In this document: one piece after another, positions 11,899 to 23,057 of the stretch
How the letters are laid out: every line of letters starts with the position of its first letter
How positions within the stretch are numbered: the stretch's first letter is position 1
Assembly (NCBI GenBank): GCA_013265495.1
Contig: MU061578.1
Span: 2,985,308 to 3,049,307, forward strand
Source of the DNA: Vicugna vicugna
Taxonomy: Eukaryota
Reading direction: 5' to 3'
Length of the DNA: 64,000 nt
Program-made: the position numbers and the translations under genes
The notes under the pieces: model-generated
The model's input: only the letters and a program-made list of their open reading frames with translations
The model's database searches: none
What the model was told of the DNA's origin: nothing

Positions 11899-12981
11899 AT
11901 GTCTCTGACCAAGGCTGAGAGGACCATCGTTGTGTCCATGTGGGGCAAGATCGCCACACAGGCGGACGTCATCGGCATGGAGGCCCTGGAAAGGTGAGTG
12001 CCAGCTGGGCTGGATGTAGCCGGGCAGGTGACTGTGGGCCAGAGAGGAGAGGACAGTAAGGACAGCGGTCAGTGAGGAGGGGACAGGGAGGTGCGGTCAG
12101 TGGTGAGGACAGGGGATGGTGGCCGGTGAGCAGGAAGAGGAGGTGAACTCGGAGGGGAGATGACTGTAGGGCTGTGTCTCTCCAGGCCCAGCACCCAGGT
12201 CTCCACAAACACCTGTTGAATGAATGAATGAGTGAGTGAGTGAGTGAGTGAGTGAAGGGGTGAAGAAGGAAGGAACGTGGGAACGATGGGGCGGTGAGGG
12301 TGAGTGAGATAGTACCGGGGCCATTCTGGAGCCTGGGGCAACAGGAAAAGTCAGCAGTACTCATCCTGCCTTTACCTGAACTTTGCATATTTCGGTCTAC
12401 GTGGGTTTTTGCATTAATATTGATGTTTTAATACACTGTGTGAAAATACCACGTGTCCAGAACGCTGGGTCGGCGCCTGGACTGTCGCGTCCTGGGGCAG
12501 CGTCGTCCCGACCTCGCCTCACCCCCGCCGCCCCCCCGCAGGCTCTTCTCCAGCTTCCCGCAGACCAAGACCTACTTCCCGCACTTCGACCTGCATCCAG
12601 GCTCCGCGCAGCTGCGCGCGCACGGCTCCAAGGTGCTGGCCGCCTTGGGCGACGCAGTCAAGAGCATCGACAACGTGGCGGGCGCTCTGTCCAAGCTCAG
12701 CGAGCTGCACGCCTACGTCTTGCGCGTGGACCCGGTCAACTTCAAGGTGGGCGCGGGGCTGGGGTCCTGGTGGGGCCCGGCGAGGCGGGGCGGGGTCTGG
12801 GCGGAAGGCGCCCGGGGCCCGCGCGCTGAGCCTCCCTCCCTTTCCGCCCCAGCTCCTGTCCCACTGCCTGCTGGTCACCGTGGCCTCCCACTTCCCCGCT
12901 GACTTCACGGCCGACGCCCACGCCGCCTGGGACAAGTTCCTGTCCACCGTGTCCCGCGTTCTGACAGAGAAGTACCGCTGA
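11899..12981 (+). CDS. HBZ: Hemoglobin subunit zeta; exons 11899-11993, 12542-12746, 12853-12981 (142 aa)
   Basis: Spliced translation [63 protein letters not shown]...[56 protein letters not shown]; canonical 95/205/129 nt exons, GT-AG introns, AATAAA at 13067-13072. Confidence 0.97.
12185..12256 (+). repeat. L2 3' end with expanded (TGAA)n(TGAG)n tail in HBZ intron 1
   Basis: CAAACACCTGTTGAATGAATGAATGAGTGAGTGAG.. resembles the L2 terminus plus a tetranucleotide microsatellite at 12217-12256. Confidence 0.6.
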
Positions 12982-13724
12982 GGGCTGAGTGCAGCCGCTG
13001 GATCCCCAGGACGGGCTTCGACTCCTCCCCTTCCTTTGAACCCTACAATTCCAACCGGGACTCCCCAATAAATGGATGAGGATAGAGTGAGCTGGGTCCT
13101 GCGTTCTCAGTGTTGGGGCAAAGATCAGAGAATGTGAGGGTCGGAATGGGGGCTTGGCAGGAACGCGGCCGATCCTAATGTCACCCCTGGCCTGGAGGCC
13201 ACTCTAACGGTGCTTTGGAGCTGTCCTTGGTCGAGCGGACTCCAGCGTCGCAGCCGGTGGGAGCAGATCAGCCCCAGGTCTGCCCATGCCGTTTTCTCTA
13301 GTCAGACCTGCGTTTGGGCCTCTCTCCTGCCTTCCAAATCGCGCAAAGTTCGTTGTTTCGCTCAGCGTGTTGGATATGTGTCGGGACTCAGGGGACTTCT
13401 GAAAGCCTGTTTTTATGGCTTACGCGCGGTCCGTAGGGACCACTGATGCTTCCTGGCCCCTCGGGAAAAGGAGGTTCCCTGCCCCGGACTCTTTCTCCCA
13501 ATTCCTCCATCAGCAGAGGAATAACTCCTAGCGGAGCAGTAACTGCCCTCAGAAGAATAATTGCAAATCTCCCTAAAATCTGCAGCAAAGTTCCCCACAT
13601 ATGGTGTGATTCAGTGCCAGTGACCCAGGGAACCCAGAAACTGTGGCCTTCGCGGCGGTGGGGACCTGGACTGGCCATGTTTCCCCATGCAGTCCCAGGG
13701 TCTCCATTCCTGCCGCGCTCCCGC

Positions 13725-13768
13725 AGATAAGGGCGGGCGGGGCGCTGGGAGGGGGGAGTTGCTATAAG
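13725..13768 (+). promoter_or_regulatory. HBM: Mu-globin promoter: GATA site, GC boxes, TATA
   Basis: AGATAA at 13725-13730 directly followed by GGGCGGGCGGGGCG; TATAAG at 13763-13768, about 50 nt before the ATG. Confidence 0.7.
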
Positions 13769-13816
13769 GAGGCTGGGACGGCGGGCGCGGCCCCCAGAAC
13801 ACGTCACTCCAGCGCC

Positions 13817-14504
13817 ATGCTCAGCGCCCAAGAGCGCGCCCATATCGCACAGGTCTGGGACCTGATCGCCGGCCACGAGGCGCCCTTCGGGGCGGAGCTG
13901 CTGCTCAGGTGGGTTGGGGCGGGGTCTCCAGGATCTCTGCGAGGCGGAGACTGGAGTGTTGGGTTTGGTGGCGTGGGGCGCGTTTGACCCGGGTTTTCCG
14001 GGGTCTGGGCTGTGCTGGCGTGCAAGGGCCACCCTCCCCACTCACCTCCTGCTCCCGTAGGCTCTTCGCAGTGTACCCCAACACTAAGACCTACTTCAAG
14101 CACCTGGGCGACTGCCCCGACGAGGTGCTGCTGCTGAACCACGGACAACGCATGCTCGAGGCGGTGGGCGTGGCCGTGCGGCACGTGGACAACCTGCGCG
14201 CCGCCCTGAGCCCGCTCGCCGACCTGCACGCACACGTGCTGCGCGTGGACCCCACCAACTTCCCGGTGAGCCAGCCCAGGACATGGCAGGCTTCGCACAG
14301 GCAGCCGAGGCGGGGAGGCATTCGGGGAGGAATGGGTGGGGACAGACCCCTTCTCACCCACCTCTTCCCCCGCAGCTGCTGATCCAGTGTTTCCAGGTGG
14401 TGCTGGCTTCCCACCTCCAGGACGAATTTACTGTGGAGATGCAGGCCGCGTGGGATAAATTCCTGACTGGCATAGCCGTGGTGCTGACGGAGAAGTACCG
14501 CTGA
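13817..14504 (+). CDS. HBM: Hemoglobin subunit mu (alpha-D-like); exons 13817-13908, 14061-14265, 14376-14504 (141 aa)
   Basis: [111 protein letters not shown]; 92/205/129 nt exons, GT-AG introns, AATAAA at 14540-14545. Confidence 0.96.
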
Positions 14505-16108
14505 GTTCAGTGCCCCGCAGGCCTAGGTCTGAGGACATCAATAAACAGGCCTCAAAACGCTGGACCTTGCAAGTGTGTGGTCTTTGGGGAGCAGGCAGTC
14601 ATTGTTGCTGGGCAGAGAAGCTCTGGCTCCCCAGGGGAGCCTCTCAGAGTTGTAGGGCTCGAATTGTAGGGATCAACCCTGAACCTTCGCTGACAAGAGA
14701 AGTGGGGGGTGCCCAGGAGCAGGGCCCTGGGCATTCTCCAAACCCTGAATGAGGACAGTTCCTGGGCTGACAATCTGGGGTCTAGATAGGATGTGGACAC
14801 CCAAAGGCTTGAACAGAGCAGTTGCTCTCCTGGGGCAGGGGAACCTGCTGGGGTAGAGTGGGTGCTCGATGTGGGCAGGGTCTTCGGCTGCAACTCGCAT
14901 CCGGCCCCCCGAGCGGTGCCACACCATCCCCACAAAGCACCTCTGCGTTCACACGTTTGTGCATCTCCCTCTGTCCCTACCTCCTGGGAGCTGCAAGTGT
15001 CAGTTTTCAACTCTTTAACACAGACTCCCCCATGTGAAGTTCCTGGCCTGAGGTCAAACAGACTTCATGGCCCAGGGCTCCTCAGACCCTACCTCTCTTC
15101 TTTTCCCATTTTCTCCCCTACCTGCAAAGGTCAATCTGCAGTAGCTTTGCTCTGTGCCAAGTTTAGCCCCTTCCTCTGGATCTCCTGGGGCAGGGAGTTG
15201 GGGTAGGAAGGAAGCCCTCTAACGCCACAATCAAGCAGACAGATGAGATTTCCATCCCGATTCACATCAACGTGCTGAGTGATACTAGGCATGTCCCTAA
15301 GCGATCTAAGCCTAAAGCATCCCACAGGAAGAAGAAAAAAAAAAACCCAACTTCACTGGGTCTTTGAAATAACTTGAGATCATAATGCAGGGTTGGTGCT
15401 CTGCAGGCCCATGGCCACCCAACCCCCACCCCAGCCCTGCTGCTGCATCTCAGTCTCTGTGGTTTGCTGGCTAAGGCACACCTTACCTCACTCCACCTCG
15501 CCCACCCCCATCAATCTCCCCACTCCAGGGCATGGGTACCGAATTTTAGTGCTCAACTCTGAGACTTTGTGGACATAGGGGCAGAACCCTGGGAGCTCTC
15601 CAAACGTTGAATGAGGAGAGTTATCAGGCCTGTGCAGGGCCGAGCAGTCAGCCACCAACTCTGAAGTGTTGTGCTGGAAACAGCCCTGACTTTGGCTCCG
15701 CAGTACTCCCGCTGGATCCATGTGGACACCTGTTAACCCGCTCTGCTCCAAAGGGCCTACCCACAATTGGGGATCGGAGGCTTAAGACTCCCCTCCACAT
15801 TATCTCCTGCACCCTCGGAAAAGATTGTGCTCCCTTTCCAGACAAGCAAATAGACACCTCCAGGCTACCCCCACCTGGGGACAAACGCAGGTGTCTGGTG
15901 GGTTTGGGTGACTCAGAAACCTGTGTGAGCTCCCCAGCCCACAGGAGCGAGAACAGAGGGTACCGTAGAGAGCTGGATCTCAGCCTAGGCGGGAGCATGG
16001 AGATGGTGGGGAAAGGAGGATGAGGGTCGCCTCTGGGCGGGATCCCTCCAGGGACCCCTCCCTCTTCAGATCACCTTTCATGGCCTGCACTTCCTGGCTC
16101 AGCGCCAG

Positions 16109-16158
16109 CCAATGAGCATGGCGCTGACGGGCGTGCCCCCTTGCACCCCTGGCATAAA
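16109..16158 (+). promoter_or_regulatory. HBA: Promoter of the 5' alpha-globin gene (CCAAT and CATAAA boxes)
   Basis: CCAAT at 16109-16113 and CATAAA at 16153-16158, at the usual alpha-globin spacing. Confidence 0.85.
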
Positions 16159-16223
16159 GGTTCGCGTGCTCCCGAGCCTGCACAATTCTGATCCTGACCT
16201 AGACTCACAAAAAAAAACCCATC

Positions 16224-16887
16224 ATGGTGCTGTCTTCCAAGGATAAGGCCAACGTCAAGACCGCCTTTGGTAAGATTGGCGGCCACGCTGCTGATTATGG
16301 CGCGGAGGCCCTGGAGAGGTGAGCACCCACCTGCCCCGCTGGCACTCAGGGCTGGACCACCTGTCGTGTCCTTGTTCCTCCTAAGCCCGGCTCTCTCACC
16401 TCTTCTTCCCACAGAATGTTCCTGGGCTTCCCCACCACCAAGACATACTTCCCTCACTTTGACCTGAGCCACGGCTCCGCCCAGGTCAAGGCCCATGGCA
16501 AGAAGGTGGGCGATGCGCTGACCAAGGCTGCGGACCACCTGGACGACCTGCCCAGTGCCCTGTCGGCTCTGAGTGATCTGCATGCCCACAAGCTGCGTGT
16601 GGACCCAGTCAACTTCAAGGTGAGCTTGTGGGTCGGCTGGGAGAGATCTGGGGTGGAAGGCACAGCGTCCCCGCTAGCAGGCTAGTAGGGCAGAGAATGC
16701 AGTGTGGTTGCAGAGGTAGAGCATGCCCCACGCCCCCTGACACCCCTTCTCTCTGCAGCTCCTGAGCCACTGCCTGCTGGTGACCGTGGCGGCCCACCAC
16801 CCTGGCGATTTCACCCCCGCGGTCCATGCCTCCCTGGACAAGTTCCTGACCAACGTGAGCACCGTGCTGACCTCCAAATACCGTTAA
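16224..16887 (+). CDS. HBA: Hemoglobin subunit alpha, 5' gene (copy 1: Asn9/Val10/Thr12, His72, Thr130); exons 16224-16318, 16415-16619, 16759-16887
   Basis: [120 protein letters not shown] at 16962-16967. Confidence 0.97.
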
Positions 16888-17505
16888 GCTGGAGTCTTGG
16901 CGGTCCCTCCCCTTGCCCGGGGCCCTCCTGTGTTCTGGGCACCCTCACTTCCTGAACTTTGAATAAAGTCTGAGTGGGCTGCAGCCTCTGTAGCCTCATT
17001 CTCTGTGTCTGTGAACCGGGCTGGGGTTGGGGGTGGTTTTCAACAGCAAAGAATGGGAGGGTGGAAGAGAGAGGGGAGCTAAGGCTGATGTTTCCCATAA
17101 TCTGCTTGCTGAACTCATCTCCTGTCCTGGGAGATGCAGACTCCCGGGGTTCTCCACAAGGTGGGGAGTCCTCAAATGGCCACCCTTTTTTGAAACCTCT
17201 GACTGATCCCCCTTAAACATGCAATCTAGATCAAAATAAAAGAAAGCAAAACAAACAAACAGCAAAAATAGGCTGGTTTGGGTGCAGATGCAGGTGCAGG
17301 TGGACAATCTTTGTGAGATTTCACTGCCTTCCTCCCAGAGGGAAGGTGGGTTGGAACAGGGGTCACAGCCCCAGGCATCCTTCCTGGAACTGTCTGCTGT
17401 GTGTATGTTGGCGGTGAAGTCAGGGGAGAAGAGCAGCTCTGAGCTGGCTGAAGCCTTTCGCAGAGTTCCTGGCTCCAGTGCCGGAGGCACATTAAGAGCT
17501 CACTG

Positions 17506-18491
17506 NNNNNNNNNNNNNNNNNNNNNNNNNNNNNNNNNNNNNNNNNNNNNNNNNNNNNNNNNNNNNNNNNNNNNNNNNNNNNNNNNNNNNNNNNNNNNNN
17601 NNNNNNNNNNNNNNNNNNNNNNNNNNNNNNNNNNNNNNNNNNNNNNNNNNNNNNNNNNNNNNNNNNNNNNNNNNNNNNNNNNNNNNNNNNNNNNNNNNNN
17701 NNNNNNNNNNNNNNNNNNNNNNNNNNNNNNNNNNNNNNNNNNNNNNNNNNNNNNNNNNNNNNNNNNNNNNNNNNNNNNNNNNNNNNNNNNNNNNNNNNNN
17801 NNNNNNNNNNNNNNNNNNNNNNNNNNNNNNNNNNNNNNNNNNNNNNNNNNNNNNNNNNNNNNNNNNNNNNNNNNNNNNNNNNNNNNNNNNNNNNNNNNNN
17901 NNNNNNNNNNNNNNNNNNNNNNNNNNNNNNNNNNNNNNNNNNNNNNNNNNNNNNNNNNNNNNNNNNNNNNNNNNNNNNNNNNNNNNNNNNNNNNNNNNNN
18001 NNNNNNNNNNNNNNNNNNNNNNNNNNNNNNNNNNNNNNNNNNNNNNNNNNNNNNNNNNNNNNNNNNNNNNNNNNNNNNNNNNNNNNNNNNNNNNNNNNNN
18101 NNNNNNNNNNNNNNNNNNNNNNNNNNNNNNNNNNNNNNNNNNNNNNNNNNNNNNNNNNNNNNNNNNNNNNNNNNNNNNNNNNNNNNNNNNNNNNNNNNNN
18201 NNNNNNNNNNNNNNNNNNNNNNNNNNNNNNNNNNNNNNNNNNNNNNNNNNNNNNNNNNNNNNNNNNNNNNNNNNNNNNNNNNNNNNNNNNNNNNNNNNNN
18301 NNNNNNNNNNNNNNNNNNNNNNNNNNNNNNNNNNNNNNNNNNNNNNNNNNNNNNNNNNNNNNNNNNNNNNNNNNNNNNNNNNNNNNNNNNNNNNNNNNNN
18401 NNNNNNNNNNNNNNNNNNNNNNNNNNNNNNNNNNNNNNNNNNNNNNNNNNNNNNNNNNNNNNNNNNNNNNNNNNNNNNNNNNNNNNNNNNN
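17506..18491. other. Assembly gap (986 N)
   Basis: Run of N. Confidence 1.
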
Positions 18492-18924
18492 CACTTTGAC
18501 CTGAGCCACGGCTCCGCCCAGGTCAAGGCCCATGGCAAGAAGGTGGGCGATGCGCTGACCAAGGCTGCGGACCACCTGGACGACCTGCCCAGTGCCCTGT
18601 CGGCTCTGAGTGATCTGCATGCCCACAAGCTGCGTGTGGACCCAGTCAACTTCAAGGTGAGCTTGTGGGTCGGCTGGGAGAGATCTGGGGTGGAAGGCAC
18701 AGCGTCCCCGCTAGCAGGCTAGTAGGGCAGAGAATGCAGTGTGGTTGCAGAGGTAGAGCGTGCCCCACGCCCCCTGACACCCCTTCTCTCTGCAGCTCCT
18801 GAGCCACTGCCTGCTGGTGACCGTGGCGGCCCACCACCCTGGCGATTTCACCCCCGCGGTCCATGCCTCCCTGGACAAGTTCCTGGCCAACGTGAGCACC
18901 GTGCTGACCTCCAAATACCGTTAA
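18492..18924 (+). CDS. HBA: Partial alpha-globin (copy 2, from His45; Ala130); exon 2 part 18492-18656, exon 3 18796-18924; probably an uncollapsed allele of copy 1
   Basis: 18492-19542 repeats 16455-17505 (offset 2037) almost exactly; the differences I see are one intron-2 base and codon 130 (GCC vs ACC). Confidence 0.75.
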
Positions 18925-20048
18925 GCTGGAGTCTTGGCGGTCCCTCCCCTTGCCCGGGGCCCTCCTGTGTTCTGGGCACCCTCACTTCCTGAACTTTGAA
19001 TAAAGTCTGAGTGGGCTGCAGCCTCTGTAGCCTCATTCTCTGTGTCTGTGAACCGGGCTGGGGTTGGGGGTGGTTTTCAACAGCAAAGAATGGGAGGGTG
19101 GAAGAGAGAGGGGAGCTAAGGCTGATGTTTCCCATAATCTGCTTGCTGAACTCATCTCCTGTCCTGGGAGATGCAGACTCCCGGGGTTCTCCACAAGGTG
19201 GGGAGTCCTCAAATGGCCACCCTTTTTTGAAACCTCTGACTGATCCCCCTTAAACATGCAATCTAGATCAAAATAAAAGAAAGCAAAACAAACAAACAGC
19301 AAAAATAGGCTGGTTTGGGTGCAGATGCAGGTGCAGGTGGACAATCTTTGTGAGATTTCACTGCCTTCCTCCCAGAGGGAAGGTGGGTTGGAACAGGGGT
19401 CACAGCCCCAGGCATCCTTCCTGGAACTGTCTGCTGTGTGTATGTTGGCGGTGAAGTCAGGGGAGAAGAGCAGCTCTGAGCTGGCTGAAGCCTTTCGCAG
19501 AGTTCCTGGCTCCAGTGCCGGAGGCACATTAAGAGCTCACTGTAGCAAATGCCTTTGTTTTACCATAAACATCAAGCCAACAAACTCCTCAAAAAAAAAA
19601 AGAGCTCACTGTGTGCCCAGCCCTGCCGTCCCCAGCTCATGGCCTATCCCACCCCATTCTCTGCCCAAGGCTCTCGGGGTGTCCCAGCAGTTCTGCTTTG
19701 GTGCCCAAAGCAACCTTCAGAAAGGTCCCTGTCACACACGCTGCTGCCCTGCACTCCACTCTGGAACCTTGCACACCCCACACACTCTGCAGCCCTTAGG
19801 GACTCCATCAGTGCCTCCAGCCCAGCCGCCACATCCAGGGCAACCCTATGCGGCCACTGCTCACCTCTTTCCTTCTGGCCGGGGGCCTCTCTGAACAGCC
19901 GGGGACTTATTCCCCACTCCCCACCATGCACTCTTTCTCTGTCCCACAGCCCAATTCACTTTTATTGAAATGTAGAAAAACACTTATGATATAAATTAAA
20001 ATCCACCCATGTTTTCACACATGCACATCTTTTTTGTGTTATTCAAAC

Positions 20049-20084
20049 TAGAGAGAGAGAGAGAGACAGAGAGAGGGAGAGAGA
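20049..20084. repeat. (GA)n microsatellite
   Basis: AGAGAGAGAGAGAGAGACAGAGAGAGGGAGAGAGAG. Confidence 0.9.
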
Positions 20085-21939
20085 GTCCTGTCCCCTGACC
20101 CCTGCAGAAAGAGCTGTGGTTAAAAGTTTGGGAGTTTGGGACTGAGACCATCAGCTCTTATCCTGTGCTGAGAGGGACACAGTGCCTCTACAACTGTGCT
20201 TTTATTTTGTCAAAAATATCCTTATATCTTAGGTATTTTTCTTCAATCTGCCCTTCCCACTGAACCCTACATCTCTTTGGCCAGTTTATTCAGCTCTCCT
20301 CATTTCATAGATTAATTGATCATTTTACTATTTCTACTCATTTTCTGTTCAAATCCTTGGTCAATTCTTCCCATAAGTCATTTGTCTTTTCCTCATATAT
20401 ATGTGGGAGGTCTTCTCATATTACAAGTATAAGACATTGGCTGAGGAATGTTCAAGTCTTGTCTTAAAAGGGCTTAGGGGCCAGGGAACGGGATTAGGAT
20501 GCAAGAGGGTTTGTCCCAGGCCTGGGAGTGGGGCTCTGGTGTCCCTAAGCCCCCAGTGTCTGATCCTGTTGTTCTTCAGAACCACGATGAGCCTGAGGCT
20601 GCAGATGGAATCAGGAAAAGGATGGAGGGCAGAAGGAAAAATGGAAGGAGCTGGGGGGAGGGCCCATTGGGAACAAAATGAGAAGAGTGGAGACAGGTGC
20701 GGGGGTGGGGTGTAGGTAGCAGAAGGGGTCATTGCTAAGGCTTTTCTGAGCTGCTTTCCTCTTTGTCCAAGTCAGTTTGACCATCACTTCCTCCTGGACA
20801 CACTGGGCAATTCCTGAGTGAAGGTCTTGGGAGAGGGGAGGTGGGCAGAAGGGTAGGCTGACAGATGCCCAAGCCACCCACTCCCCAAAGCAAAGTCTTT
20901 CTCCAAGCTCCCAGGAAAAACAAACTGATGACTTCTTGCTCCCTTTTCTCTTCACCAAAGTCTGACATTTTACTTCATTCCTCCCCCCCCCCATCAACTA
21001 TCCCAGGGACAATCACTTGTCCACTAACCCTGAAAGATATCCTTGAATGCCTCATTCACTCCTGCCATGCCTCCTCAGGGCTTTTAACAAGGTATGAGAC
21101 CAAACCATCTCCTAATGATCTGTCTGTATCCCTAACTAGACTGAAAGCTCAGGTCTTGCTTAGCCAGTTGCTTTATTTATCAGTTCAACCTTGTGTCAGT
21201 CAATCTTGTGTCGGGTGCAATTTGGGGGACTGGGGTGCCACTGAACCAGGACCATTTGCCAAAAGGGGGAGAAAGACCATCACACGGGGGTCCTGAATAG
21301 GAGATACTGGCCTCTGTGAGTCTCCGACCTGGGGCTGCAGCGACAACCACCCTGGAAGAAGGAACTTGAACCTGGAGAACTCCAGGTTCAAGAAGGAACT
21401 CCACCTCAGCCCTGCAAATTCTATACCTTGGTATCTGTTCCTTCCATGACTGGCACTCAGTGACACCCAAAGAGCATTCATGGAAAGAAAGGGAACTGGA
21501 AGAACCAAGGCTGAAAGGGAGCAGGAGGGATTCGGGGAGGGATTTGTTTGTTGAGTAAAGGGGAGCGGTGCGCGCAAGTTCTATGTGCAATTTGTCTCTG
21601 CCCTGGAGTAGTCGCACTCAATCGCCCATTCATTCACCGACTCTACTCAAGTTAAAAATGTCCAGCTTTGCCAAGCCCCAAGCCTACGTCCAGGATGGGT
21701 GGCACGGACTGATTTGCTCCCTTCTATCCTCAGGAGAGCGCAGCCTGGTGCTAGGGAGCTCAGGGACTCTAAAGGGTGAGAGGGAGGGTATCCATCCCGC
21801 TCCACAAACCAGCCCCCGCTGTGGGTAGGGGATATCACTTCCGGGGCAGTTGGACGTAGAGGGTAGGAAGCTGCCGTTGGGCAGGAGGGAGAAACAACCC
21901 TGCCAGGTCCTTGGGAGTCTAAGCTGGGAGCCAAGTACT

Positions 21940-22067
21940 CGCGGCCCGGCCTGGCGCAGACTGTGCGCCGCGCGCCCCCTGCCGTCCGGTCCCAGTCGCG
22001 CATCCCGGCCCCCGCCAGCCAATGAGCACCGCGCGGACGGGCGTGCCCCTTGTGCCCCCGGCATAAA
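21940..22067 (+). promoter_or_regulatory. HBA: CpG-rich promoter of the 3' alpha-globin gene (CCAAT and CATAAA boxes)
   Basis: CpG-dense stretch 21940-22045, CCAAT at 22019-22023, CATAAA at 22062-22067. Confidence 0.85.
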
Positions 22068-22130
22068 GCCTTGAGCACTGTGGGCCCTGCACGCTTCTGG
22101 TCCTGACCCAGACTCACAAAAAACCCCATC

Positions 22131-22794
22131 ATGGTGCTGTCTTCCAAGGATAAGGCCATCATCAAGGCCGCCTTTGGTAAGATTGGCGGCCACGCTGCTG
22201 ATTATGGCGCGGAGGCCCTGGAGAGGTGAGCACCCACCTGCCCCGCTGGCACTCAGGGCTGGACCACCCGTCGTGTCCTTGTTCCTCCTAAGCCCGGCTC
22301 TCTCACCTCTTCTTCCCACAGAATGTTCCTGGGCTTCCCCACCACCAAGACATACTTCCCCCACTTTGACCTGAGCCACGGCTCCGCCCAGGTCAAGGCC
22401 CATGGCAAGAAGGTGGGCGATGCGCTGACCAAGGCTGCGGACCACCTGGACGACCTGCCCAGTGCCCTGTCGGCTCTGAGTGATCTGCATGCCCACAAGC
22501 TGCGTGTGGACCCAGTCAACTTCAAGGTGAGCTTGTGGGTCGGCTGGGAGAGATCTGGGGTGGAAGGCACAGCGTCCCCGCTAGCAGGCTAGTAGGGCAG
22601 AGAATGCAGTGTGGTTGCAGAGGTAGAGCGTGCCCCACGCCCCCTGACACCCCTTCTCTCTGCAGCTCCTGAGCCACTGCCTGCTGGTGACCGTGGCGGC
22701 CCACCACCCTGGCGATTTCACCCCCGCGGTCCATGCCTCCCTGGACAAGTTCCTGACCAACGTGAGCACCGTGCTGACCTCCAAATACCGTTAA
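22131..22794 (+). CDS. HBA: Hemoglobin subunit alpha, 3' gene (copy 3: Ile9/Ile10/Ala12, His72, Thr130); exons 22131-22225, 22322-22526, 22666-22794
   Basis: [32 protein letters not shown]/...; otherwise the same protein as copy 1; GT-AG introns; AATAAA at 22869-22874. Confidence 0.96.
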
Positions 22795-22939
22795 GCTGGA
22801 GTCTTGGCGGTCCCTCCCCTTGCCCGGCGCCCTCCTGTGTTCTGGGCACCCTCACTTCCTGAACTTTGAATAAAGTCTGAGTGGGCTGCAGCCTCTGTAG
22901 CCTCATTCTCTGTGTCTGTGAACCGGGCTGGGGTTGGGG

Positions 22940-23057
22940 NNNNNNNNNNNNNNNNNNNNNNNNNNNNNNNNNNNNNNNNNNNNNNNNNNNNNNNNNNNNN
23001 NNNNNNNNNNNNNNNNNNNNNNNNNNNNNNNNNNNNNNNNNNNNNNNNNNNNNNNNN
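22940..23057. other. Assembly gap (118 N)
   Basis: Run of N. Confidence 1.

Noticed and set aside
17226..18700. Long ORFs of 402-466 aa in the ORF track
   Set aside because: Artefacts of translating through the N gap
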